Shown: piece after piece, positions 23,305 to 32,267 of the stretch | How the letters are laid out: each line of letters begins with the position of its first letter | How positions within the stretch are numbered: position 1 is the stretch's first letter | From: Lachnospiraceae bacterium | Lineage (GTDB): Bacteria; Bacillota; Clostridia; Lachnospirales; Lachnospiraceae | Assembly: GCA_024690885.1 (NCBI GenBank) | Contig: JAILOI010000010.1 | Location: 1,830-65,829 of the forward strand | DNA: 64,000 nt | Direction of reading: 5' to 3' | Position numbers and translations under genes: made by a program | The notes under the pieces: model-generated | What the model was told of the DNA's origin: nothing | Seen by the model: the letters and a program-made list of their open reading frames with translations, nothing else | The model's database searches: none

Positions 23305-23308
23305 AGCA

Positions 23309-23938
23309 TTAGTCCTTCAAACGATTGATATTATAAGATAACTGCATCAAACTATCGGACAAGTGAACGTTCTGTACCACAATGCCTTCCGGTACATCCA
23401 AATCCACATGAGCAAAATTCCAAAATGCCTTCACTCCATGAGAAATCAACTTCTGTGCAACGGCTTCCGCACTTTCCTTCGGGAGGGTCAGGGCTGCTAA
23501 ATCCACATGATGATGTTCCAGGAACTCCGGAATCTCATCAATCATCTGTACCTCCACGTTGCCAAGCTTCTTGCCCTTCAAGTCCGGATTGACGTCGAAG
23601 GCGCCAATCATGCTAAAACTCAATCGCTCAAATGAAATGTAATTTGCAATGGCATGACCCAAATTACCAACACCCACAACAATCACCTGATGCTTATGGT
23701 TCAAGCCCAAAATCTTGCCGATTTCTTCATACAAATACGATACATTGTAACCGTAGCCCTGTTGACCAAAGCCACCGAAATTATTTAAATCCTGTCGGAT
23801 CTGGGAAGCTGTCACATGCATACGAACACTCAACTCATTGGACGAAATACGCTCTACACCGGCATGTAATAAGTCTCCCAAGTAACGATAATAACGGGGT
23901 AAACGGCGAATGACCGCCTGTGATATTTCCTTTTCCAT
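23309..23938 (-). CDS. rex: Redox-sensing transcriptional repressor Rex
   Basis: RRLPRYYR, QIRQDLN.FGGFGQQGYGY, GVGNLG, WNFA. Confidence 0.96.
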   Translation of the reverse strand: MEKEISQAVIRRLPRYYRYLGDLLHAGVERISSNELSVRMHVTASQIRQDLNNFGGFGQQGYGYNVSYLYEEIGKILGLNHKHQVIVVGVGNLGHAIANYISFERLSFSMIGAFDVNPDLKGKKLGNVEVQMIDEIPEFLEHHHVDLAALTLPKESAEAVAQKLISHGVKAFWNFAHVDLDVPEGIVVQNVHLSDSLMQLSYNINRLKD

Positions 23939-24026
23939 TCCCTTACTCCTTAAATCTATACAAATGAAAATACCCCTATTCTTTTTGCCAAAAAATCAGG
24001 GGTGAACTTTCATATTTTCTATAAAA

Positions 24027-24066
24027 ATTATAAATTTTTTCGACCAACTTGTCAATTCTTTCACAA
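24027..24066 (-). promoter_or_regulatory. Consensus sigma-A promoter for rex, overlapped by a Rex operator
   Basis: TTGACA(24055-24050)-17-TATAAT(24032-24027); TTGTCAA-TTCT-TTCACAA at 24049-24066 matches TTGTGAA-N4-TTCACAA with one mismatch. Confidence 0.85.
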
Positions 24067-24067
24067 A

Positions 24068-26011
24068 CTAAATGTCATCTTCCGCTAACAATTCCCACTG
24101 CTCGTATAACCCATCCAGCTGTGTTTGAATCTCCCCACGTTTTGCAGATAACTCATTCAGTTTTGCGGAATTGGTGGCAACCTCAGGATCCGAAAACTCT
24201 GCATCGATCTGTGCCAAAGCATCCTCTGCCGCTTCGATGGCCTCCTCGATACGCTTCTGTTCATTCTCCTTCTTACGCTTTGCCGCCGCAAGGCGCTTCT
24301 GTTCCTCCCAATCCAACTTGCCTTCCGTTGCATCCGCTCCTGTCTCAATTGCGGTCTTTGCATCCGCCACAGGGGTTTCCGCCATCCGCGCCAGGCGCTC
24401 TTCTTTCTTCCTAAGATAATAATCGTAGTCGCCCAAATACTCATACAGCCCATCCGCCGTTAATTCCAAAATCCGGTCGGCGGTCTGATTCACAAAATAA
24501 CGATCGTGGGAGACATAGAACAAGGTTCCCTCATAATGATTGAGGGCATTCTCCAAAATCTCCTTGGATTCCATATCCAAGTGGTTGGTCGGCTCATCCA
24601 AAATCAACAGATTCGCGCCGGATAACATGAGCTTTGCCAAGGAAATACGGCCACGCTCTCCACCGCTCAAATCCCGAATTCGCTTGAATACGTCTTCTTC
24701 GGTAAAAAGAAATGCCGCCAATACATTCCGTACTCTGGTATTATCCAGATTCGGATAGGCGTCCTGCATCTCATCAAACAAGGTTTTGTCCTCATCCAAC
24801 AGCTGCTGTTCCTGGTCGTAGTATCCCACGGTTACATTGGCCCCTAAGGTAATTACACCGGCATCTGCAGGTACTAAGCCATTTAAAATCTTAAAGATGG
24901 TGGTCTTTCCTGTGCCATTGTCTCCAATGAGGGCCACATGTTCCCCTCTGGTCATGTGGATGTTCACGTTGGAGAAGAGTTTCTGCTGTCCATAGGCCTT
25001 GGATAATCCCTGGATGTCCAATACATCCTTGCCGGATTGCACTACCGGCTCCAAAGTGAGCGTCATCTCATGTTTCTCTTCCGTCGGGCGATCCATCCGC
25101 TGTATTTTATCCAACATCTTCCGACGGCTTTCTGCACGCTTAATGGATTTCTCCCGATTAAACTGACGCAGCTTCTCAATCACCGCTTCCTGATGTTCGA
25201 TTTCCTTCTGCTGCTTCTCGTATTCCCTTGCCAGCGTCAGCATACGTTCCTCACGCTGCCGAACAAACTGGGAATAATTTCCCTTGTAGACGATGGTGCG
25301 TTTCTGATAGAAATCCACCACGCGGGAAACCACCTTATCCAGGAAATACCGGTCATGAGCCACAATAATTACAGCTCCGTTGTAGTTACTTAAAAACCCT
25401 TCCAACCACTCAATGGAACTTAAATCCAAGTGGTTGATCGGCTCATCCAAAAGCAGCAGATCCGGCTTGGACATCAACAGCCGTCCCAGGGACGCTCTAG
25501 TCTTCTGTCCACCGGATAACTGGGTAAGATTCTTCTCGAAGTCCTCCTCCGAAAATCCCAAGCCCTTCAGTACGCCGGACACTTCACTACGGAAGGAGTA
25601 TCCGCCCTGCAGTTCGAAGGTATGATGCAAGGAATGATACTGCTCCATCAATCGGTCCAAATCCGCACCGCTTTTGGTACTCATCTGGCTTTCGAAGGCA
25701 CGCAATCGCTCCTCCATCTCCAGCAAATCTTCTCTGGCAGATAAGGCATACTCATAGATGGACGCACTGGTGGTATCGTTCTGATACTGGGCCAAATACC
25801 CCATGGTCTTATCATGTTCCAATACCACTTCCCCGGTATCGGCCTCCATCTCACCGGTTAAAATCTTCAGTAAGGTGGATTTTCCACAACCATTGTGACC
25901 AACGATTGCTAACTTGTCTCCTGCCGCAACCTGAAAGGAGACCTCCTGAAACAGAAGGTCTTCCCCAAAGGATTTGCTGACGTTATGTACGGATAACAGC
26001 ATACTTAACAT
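24068..26011 (-). CDS. ABC-F family ATPase (YdiF-like)
   Basis: Two ABC cassettes (GHNGCGKST, GDNGTGKTT, LSGG, DEP.NHLD), linker, C-terminal coiled coil, no TM; adjacent to rex. Confidence 0.93.
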   Translation of the reverse strand: MLSMLLSVHNVSKSFGEDLLFQEVSFQVAAGDKLAIVGHNGCGKSTLLKILTGEMEADTGEVVLEHDKTMGYLAQYQNDTTSASIYEYALSAREDLLEMEERLRAFESQMSTKSGADLDRLMEQYHSLHHTFELQGGYSFRSEVSGVLKGLGFSEEDFEKNLTQLSGGQKTRASLGRLLMSKPDLLLLDEPINHLDLSSIEWLEGFLSNYNGAVIIVAHDRYFLDKVVSRVVDFYQKRTIVYKGNYSQFVRQREERMLTLAREYEKQQKEIEHQEAVIEKLRQFNREKSIKRAESRRKMLDKIQRMDRPTEEKHEMTLTLEPVVQSGKDVLDIQGLSKAYGQQKLFSNVNIHMTRGEHVALIGDNGTGKTTIFKILNGLVPADAGVITLGANVTVGYYDQEQQLLDEDKTLFDEMQDAYPNLDNTRVRNVLAAFLFTEEDVFKRIRDLSGGERGRISLAKLMLSGANLLILDEPTNHLDMESKEILENALNHYEGTLFYVSHDRYFVNQTADRILELTADGLYEYLGDYDYYLRKKEERLARMAETPVADAKTAIETGADATEGKLDWEEQKRLAAAKRKKENEQKRIEEAIEAAEDALAQIDAEFSDPEVATNSAKLNELSAKRGEIQTQLDGLYEQWELLAEDDI

Positions 26012-26026
26012 TCCTATTCTTTCAAC

Positions 26027-27238
26027 TTAAGCGTAATAGCTTTCTAATGTGGCACGGATGGCCTGAATGAACTCCTGGCTACCCAAGGTGGTCGGGTGCT
26101 CAATGGAGGTAATACGTGCCAAATCGCCGGTCATCTTACCGGACTCAATGGTTTCGATACAAGCCTTCTCCAGATTATCGGCAAAGGTCATAAGCTCCGT
26201 AATTCCGTCCAACTCACCACGCTTGCGAAGCGCACCGCTCCATGCAAAAATCGTCGCAACAGAGTTGGTGGATGTCTGCTCCCCCTTCAGATGCTTGTAG
26301 TAATGACGCTGTACCGTTCCGTGTGCAGCTTCGTACTCAAAGTATCCGTGTGGAGACACCAATACGGAGGTCATCATTGCAAGAGAACCAAAGGCAGAGG
26401 ATAACATATCACTCATAACATCGCCGTCGTAGTTCTTGCAAGCCCAGATGAATCCGCCCTCGGATTTCATTACACGGGCAACCGCATCATCAATCAAGGT
26501 GTAGAAGTACTCAATGCCTGCCGCATCAAACTGTGCTTTGAACTCCTTGTCGAAAATCTCCTGGAAGATATCCTTGAAGGTGTGATCGTACTTCTTGGAG
26601 ATGGTATCCTTGGTTGCAAACCATAAATCCTGCTTCACATCCAACGCATAGGAGAAACAGCTTCTGGCAAAAGATTCAATGGAATTATCTAAATTGTGCT
26701 GACCCTGAACCACACCGGCACCGGTGAAGTTATGAATCAGTTCACGTACTTCGCTTCCATCTTCCTTGGTATACACCAGTTCCACCTTGCCCGGACCATC
26801 CACGATCATCTCGCTGGCCTTATACACATCTCCGTATGCATGACGGGCAATGGTAATCGGCTTCTTCCAGTTGCGGACGCAAGGCTCAATCCCCTTAACA
26901 ATGATGGGTGCACGGAATACGGTTCCATCTAAGATGGCACGGATGGTTCCATTGGGAGACTTCCACATCTCCTTCAAATCATACTCTTCCATACGGGCAG
27001 CGTTTGGTGTAATCGTTGCACACTTAACTGCAACGCCGTACTTCTTGGTAGCCTCTGCAGAATCGATGGTTACCTGATCGTTGGTCTCATTTCGATGCTC
27101 TAAGCCCAAATCATAATACTCCGCCTTTAAGTCGATGAAGGGATGAATCAGCTCATCCTTAATCATCTGCCATAAAATACGGGTCATCTCATCTCCGTCC
27201 ATCTCTACCAAAGGGGTGGTCATCTGAATCTTTTCCAT
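26027..27238 (-). CDS. icd: NADP-dependent isocitrate dehydrogenase
   Basis: [37 protein letters not shown]. Confidence 0.96.
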   Translation of the reverse strand: MEKIQMTTPLVEMDGDEMTRILWQMIKDELIHPFIDLKAEYYDLGLEHRNETNDQVTIDSAEATKKYGVAVKCATITPNAARMEEYDLKEMWKSPNGTIRAILDGTVFRAPIIVKGIEPCVRNWKKPITIARHAYGDVYKASEMIVDGPGKVELVYTKEDGSEVRELIHNFTGAGVVQGQHNLDNSIESFARSCFSYALDVKQDLWFATKDTISKKYDHTFKDIFQEIFDKEFKAQFDAAGIEYFYTLIDDAVARVMKSEGGFIWACKNYDGDVMSDMLSSAFGSLAMMTSVLVSPHGYFEYEAAHGTVQRHYYKHLKGEQTSTNSVATIFAWSGALRKRGELDGITELMTFADNLEKACIETIESGKMTGDLARITSIEHPTTLGSQEFIQAIRATLESYYA

Positions 27239-27264
27239 GTTGTTCTCCTTTTTCTCTTTCTTTT

Positions 27265-27306
27265 AAAAAGAAGTTCGCAACTTCCCTTTTGGATGTCGCG
27301 AACTTC
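27265..27306 (-). terminator. Intrinsic terminator after leuS
   Basis: GAAGTTCGCGAC..GTTGCGAACTTC stem with U5 tail on minus. Confidence 0.75.
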
Positions 27307-27320
27307 CAAAATAACAATCC

Positions 27321-29750
27321 TTATTTCACTACAATGTTAACGATACGTCCCGGAACGTAGATTTCCTTCACAATGGAAACGCCCTCTAACTTGTCAGCAA
27401 TTGCTTCCTTGCCCTTGGCAATTACATCGTCCTTGGCATCGTCCTTGCCGATGGCGATGGTAGCTTTTACCTTACCGTTGACCTGAACTGCAATTTCCAC
27501 CGTATCTTCCACACACTTCGCTTCGTCATAGGTTGGCCATGGCTCATACGCGATGGTGTTGTCATGTCCCATCATCTGCCATAATTCCTCACCCATATGT
27601 GGGCAGATACAAGAAAGCATCTTAATCAAATTCTCTGCATATTCTCTCGGGCAGCTGCCTTCCTTATAAACCGCATTCACAAAAATCATCATCTGAGAGA
27701 TGGCGGTATTAAACGCCAATGCCTCAAAGTCGTTGGTGACTTTCTTTACGGTCTGATGATAAACCTTCTCTAAGTTTCCGTTGTTCTCATCCGTGATGTT
27801 ACCAGCTTCTGAGAAGAAGGTATACACACGATTCAAGAACTTCTTGGCACCGGCAACGTTATTAGAGTTCCATGGCTTGGAAACTTCAAGTGGTCCCATA
27901 AACATCTCATAGAGACGTAAGGTATCTGCACCGTAATCTCTTACGATATCGCTTGGGTTTACAACGAACTCAGGGAAACGCTTACCCATCTTGATGCCGT
28001 TCTCGCCCAAAATCATACCCTGATGTACCAGCTTCTGGAATGGCTCCTTGACCGGAGACAATCCATTGTTATACAAGAAACGGTTCCAGATACGGGAATA
28101 CAGAAGATGTCCAACGGCATGCTCCGGTCCACCCACATACAAGTCCACCGGCATCCAGTGCTTTAACAGCTCCTGGTTTGCAAATTCCTGATCGTTATCC
28201 GGATCGATATAACGGAAGTAATACCAGCTGGATCCGGCAGAACCCGGCATGGTAGAGGTTTCTCTCGTACCCTTCAGGCCGTTCTTATCATACTGCTTCC
28301 ACTCGGTTGCATTCTCCAGTGGTGCCTGACCGTTCTTGCCCTTGTAATCCTCCAGCTCCGGAAGGATTACCGGAAGTTCGCTATCATCTACAAACTCGAT
28401 GGAACCATCCTCCTTGTACACACAAGGAACCGGCTCACCCCAGTAACGCTGTCTGGCAAAAATCCATTCACGGAAGTGATAATTTACTTTCTCTCTGGCA
28501 ACGCCCAAATCCACCAACTTCTTGGTGATGGCCTTCTTGGCATCCTCCACGGTCATTCCGTTAAATTCCTCGGAATTCATCAGGATGCAACCCTTGCCCA
28601 GATAATCCTGCTTCTCAAAGGCATGCGCAGATACATCCACGGTGCCCTCCGGATTATTGATAACCTGGATCAATGGCAATCCATGAACCTCGGCATATTC
28701 AAAGTCACGCTGATCGTGAGTTGGAACCGCCATAACCGCACCGGTACCATAGCTTGCTAAAACGAAATCGCCGATAAACAATGGAACTTCCTTGCCGTTC
28801 ACCGGGTTGATGGCGTAGATGCCCTTCAACGGACAACCGGACTTGGTTTTGTTCAAATCCGTACGATCCAAGTCATTCTTCTTCAAGGTCTCATTGATGT
28901 ACGCCTGTACCTCGTCTAAATTCTCAACACGATCCAACAAGCCCTTCACAATCTCTCCGTCCGGAGCCAATACCATGAAGGTGATACCATAGATGGTCTC
29001 AATACAGGTGGTAAAAATCGAGAAGCTTCCGCCTCCTACAATTTCAAAATCCACTTCCACGCCGGTGGACTTACCAATCCAGTTTCTCTGGATTTCCTTG
29101 GTGGATTCCGGCCAGTCAATGTCATTCAAACCGTCTAAGAGTTCCTCTGCAAAGGCCTGCTGATCGATGACCCACTGCTTCATCATCTTCTTCACAACCG
29201 GATAACCGCCACGCTCGGACTTACCATCGATGACCTCATCGTTGGAAAGAACGGTTCCCAGCTCCTCACACCAGTTTACCGGCATATCAATGTGCTTCGC
29301 ATAGCCGGCTTCGTATAATTTCTTGAAAATCCACTGGGTCCACTTATAGAACTTCGGATCACTGGTTGCAAGCATCTTGGACCAGTCATAATCAAAACCA
29401 AGCTCCCGTAACTGATTGGAGAAGGTTTCGATGTTCTTCTCGGTAAATCCGGCCGGATGGTTTCCGGTGGTTACCGCATATTGTTCTGCAGGAAGACCAA
29501 AAGAATCATATCCCATGGGATGTAACACATTATAGCCCTGCATACGCTTCATACGGGACATAATATCAGTTGCTGTATAACCTTCCGGATGGCCGGCATG
29601 TAGACCTACACCGGATGGATACGGAAACATATCCAATGCGTAATACTTGGGCTTCGAAAAATCCCATACATCCGTTTTGAACGTTTCGTTCTCTTTCCAG
29701 TAGGTTTGCCATTTTTTCTCCACCACATGGTGGTTATAAGGTGCTGCCAT
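27321..29750 (-). CDS. leuS: Leucine--tRNA ligase (variant motifs)
   Basis: MFPYPSG, HAGH, RQRYWGEP, GTGAVMAVP, GADTLRLYEMFMGP, VQVNGK; KMSKS replaced by KMGKR. Confidence 0.95.
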   Translation of the reverse strand: MAAPYNHHVVEKKWQTYWKENETFKTDVWDFSKPKYYALDMFPYPSGVGLHAGHPEGYTATDIMSRMKRMQGYNVLHPMGYDSFGLPAEQYAVTTGNHPAGFTEKNIETFSNQLRELGFDYDWSKMLATSDPKFYKWTQWIFKKLYEAGYAKHIDMPVNWCEELGTVLSNDEVIDGKSERGGYPVVKKMMKQWVIDQQAFAEELLDGLNDIDWPESTKEIQRNWIGKSTGVEVDFEIVGGGSFSIFTTCIETIYGITFMVLAPDGEIVKGLLDRVENLDEVQAYINETLKKNDLDRTDLNKTKSGCPLKGIYAINPVNGKEVPLFIGDFVLASYGTGAVMAVPTHDQRDFEYAEVHGLPLIQVINNPEGTVDVSAHAFEKQDYLGKGCILMNSEEFNGMTVEDAKKAITKKLVDLGVAREKVNYHFREWIFARQRYWGEPVPCVYKEDGSIEFVDDSELPVILPELEDYKGKNGQAPLENATEWKQYDKNGLKGTRETSTMPGSAGSSWYYFRYIDPDNDQEFANQELLKHWMPVDLYVGGPEHAVGHLLYSRIWNRFLYNNGLSPVKEPFQKLVHQGMILGENGIKMGKRFPEFVVNPSDIVRDYGADTLRLYEMFMGPLEVSKPWNSNNVAGAKKFLNRVYTFFSEAGNITDENNGNLEKVYHQTVKKVTNDFEALAFNTAISQMMIFVNAVYKEGSCPREYAENLIKMLSCICPHMGEELWQMMGHDNTIAYEPWPTYDEAKCVEDTVEIAVQVNGKVKATIAIGKDDAKDDVIAKGKEAIADKLEGVSIVKEIYVPGRIVNIVVK

Positions 29751-29813
29751 CTTTTCTCTTCCTCCTAAATCTATCTTCTACTTATGATAAAAGCACTTAG
29801 CATATCGCATAAA

Positions 29814-29841
29814 ATTGTAGCATAAGTGCTTGGATTGTCAA
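29814..29841 (-). promoter_or_regulatory. Sigma-A promoter for leuS
   Basis: TTGACA-16-TACAAT with extended TGc, about 60 nt upstream of the ATG. Confidence 0.7.
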
Positions 29842-29886
29842 GGAATCAAGGGAGATTCCATCCCCGTTTTTTCCAATTTTCCACAG

Positions 29887-29940
29887 AAAAATACCCGATG
29901 ATTTTCGAAGTCGAATCGAATCATCGGGTATCTGTTTTTT
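29887..29940. terminator. Bidirectional terminator after the GGDEF-EAL gene
   Basis: ATACCCGATGATT/AATCATCGGGTAT 13-bp inverted repeat with A/T runs on both sides. Confidence 0.8.
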
Positions 29941-29950
29941 TAGCTTTTGT

Positions 29951-32266
29951 TTACAGCATCCAGGTTTCTTCAAATTCCTCTGCCGACAGTGGCTTTCCGA
30001 AATAAAAGCCCTGGATTTGTTCACATCCTAAGGAAACCAAAACATCCAACTGTTCCTTGGTTTCCACACCTTCTGCGATGGTACGGAGATTCATGCCCCG
30101 GGCCATACCGGTAATTGCTTCCACCACGACCCTGGCATTGGCACTCTCCACCAAACGTTCCACCAGTTCCTTGGCAATCTTGATGCGGTCAAACTGGAAA
30201 TTGATCATGTTGGTAAAGGACGCATAACCGGTACCGAAATCATCTACGGAGAAGGTCAAATTGGCCCGCTTCAACTGATCAATCAATTCTCCGTTGTGCT
30301 TATTGCCGTTTAAGGCAATACCCTCGGTAATCTCAATATCAATCCATTCCGGTTTCGCGCCAATCTCCTGCATCATGTTAATGAAATTCTCTGCAAAAAA
30401 GTCATCCCGTAACTGAGCCGGCGATACATTGATTCCCATCACCAAATCCATCTGGAAGGTCTGGTTCCACGATACAATCTGATGCATGGATTCTGCAATG
30501 ATCCACTCTCCCATATGGGGCATAATTCCGATTTCTTCTGCAATCGGAATGAACTCCGTCGGTGAAATAATTCCAAGTTCCGCCTCATGCCACCGCACCA
30601 GCGCCTCCATACCGATCAATTGACCGGATAAGGCATCCACCTGAGGCTGATAATACAGCTCGAAGTCCGTATCATAATCCACTTCCTGCAACTTTTGTTC
30701 CAGCAAATACTTCCGCTGCACCTTGGGCATGAAGTCCTCTCTGTAGAAGGTACAAGAAGAAATATTTCCTGTATGCTTCACAGAATTTCTGGCAAATTCC
30801 GCGAAGTTCATCAGCTTCTCAATATTTTTCGAATCATCCGGATAGACCGCGCCACCAATACTGGAGGTGACATGGATTTCCCGGCCATCCCACTCAAAAG
30901 GCTTCTCCAAAACCTCTAACAACAAATCCGAAAAACGGACCACATTGAATTCCTCGTCCTTTTCCACACAGCAAATCATGAACTGATCGCCGCCGATACG
31001 AAAGGCCTGAATATCCTCATTTTGTAAGGTCGACAGGCGGCGTCCATACTCTTTTAGAATATGATCGCCGGCCGCATGGCCATAGGTGTCATTGATGAGT
31101 TTAAAAAAGTTAATATCCAAGGAAAACAAAATCATCCGCAAATCGGGATACGTAGAAATCAACTGAGCCTGATACAGATTCCAGTAGGTCCGGTTCTTAA
31201 GACCCGTTAACGTATCCAAATAGGAGGCCGTCTCCAACTTTTCATTGACGGTGGTTAGTTCCTCAATCTGCTCAGAAACCTGTTGCTGCAGCAGGCGTTT
31301 TTCCGCTTCTTCCCTTGCCAGCAGTTCCTTGGTCAGGGAGTTGGCCTGCAAGGTTTTCGACAACAGAAAATATGCCATGGTGGCAACCAACAGAATGAAG
31401 AAATGTTCGTGGCTCATGTCCGACTTTAGCATAAGGAAAAAGCCAAACAGGGTCATGATCACAGCAATGGTTTCCCCGAAGTAACTTTCCTTTTTCGTAA
31501 TCACCCGACGGCCCTCTAGGAGATACCGGGCCAGGGACGTGGAGGATAATGCAATGGCAAGCATCACCACCGTAACCAGGAAAATAAACCGGATGACTTT
31601 GGAGCTTGGATCCCAGTTGGCTGCCTGTAAGTAAGTAAAGCGGCAATCCAATACGCCGTATACCAGAAGGGATAATCCCATAAACACACGGAATAAGGAT
31701 AGATGATGGAAGCCACGTTCCGCCATCACCATAAGGGTCAGCACAATAATAAAGTTGGAAATTAGAATATAGAGGATGGCCTTCGGGGTTAACAACAAGA
31801 TGTTTAACCGTCGACCCAAATAGCTTTCGAACATGGCACTGATGATGATATAGGTGCCCACCGAATACAAAAATGCATTGACCAAAAGTCTTAAGATATC
31901 CTGGTTCTGATATTCTCTCCATACAAACAGGATCAAACCGGCTGCATAGAAAAAGCTGGTGATGCGATACATATATTCATACGCATCCCACAACCATCGA
32001 AGTTGCGGAGCCACATGCATACAAAAATAAAAGAACATATCGCCCAACATCCAAAAGAACACGCCACCGGAAAAGCAGAAAATCGGCGCACGGAATTTCC
32101 GAAACACCAATCCCACCGAAAAGATGGTGACAAACGCAAACAGTCCGCAAAGCGGCGAAAAAATATCCGCCGCTTGATACAGACCTAAAAGCGTACATAG
32201 TCCGTTCCCCAGTAAACAAATCACCGAAGCTATCAATGTCGTTTTTCGTATTCTGTCCCAGATCAT
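29951..32266 (-). CDS. Membrane-anchored GGDEF-EAL protein (c-di-GMP phosphodiesterase-like)
   Basis: About 9-10 TM, coiled coil, D.LTGL.NR, FKLINDTYGH..GD, GGDQF; EAL, DDFGTGYAS, IAEGVET. Confidence 0.9.
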   Translation of the reverse strand: MIWDRIRKTTLIASVICLLGNGLCTLLGLYQAADIFSPLCGLFAFVTIFSVGLVFRKFRAPIFCFSGGVFFWMLGDMFFYFCMHVAPQLRWLWDAYEYMYRITSFFYAAGLILFVWREYQNQDILRLLVNAFLYSVGTYIIISAMFESYLGRRLNILLLTPKAILYILISNFIIVLTLMVMAERGFHHLSLFRVFMGLSLLVYGVLDCRFTYLQAANWDPSSKVIRFIFLVTVVMLAIALSSTSLARYLLEGRRVITKKESYFGETIAVIMTLFGFFLMLKSDMSHEHFFILLVATMAYFLLSKTLQANSLTKELLAREEAEKRLLQQQVSEQIEELTTVNEKLETASYLDTLTGLKNRTYWNLYQAQLISTYPDLRMILFSLDINFFKLINDTYGHAAGDHILKEYGRRLSTLQNEDIQAFRIGGDQFMICCVEKDEEFNVVRFSDLLLEVLEKPFEWDGREIHVTSSIGGAVYPDDSKNIEKLMNFAEFARNSVKHTGNISSCTFYREDFMPKVQRKYLLEQKLQEVDYDTDFELYYQPQVDALSGQLIGMEALVRWHEAELGIISPTEFIPIAEEIGIMPHMGEWIIAESMHQIVSWNQTFQMDLVMGINVSPAQLRDDFFAENFINMMQEIGAKPEWIDIEITEGIALNGNKHNGELIDQLKRANLTFSVDDFGTGYASFTNMINFQFDRIKIAKELVERLVESANARVVVEAITGMARGMNLRTIAEGVETKEQLDVLVSLGCEQIQGFYFGKPLSAEEFEETWML

Positions 32267-32267
32267 A

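Noticed and set aside
31272-31922. 216-aa alternative-frame ORF inside the GGDEF-EAL gene
   Set aside because: Nested in an intact CDS, no domain-like features; likely chance
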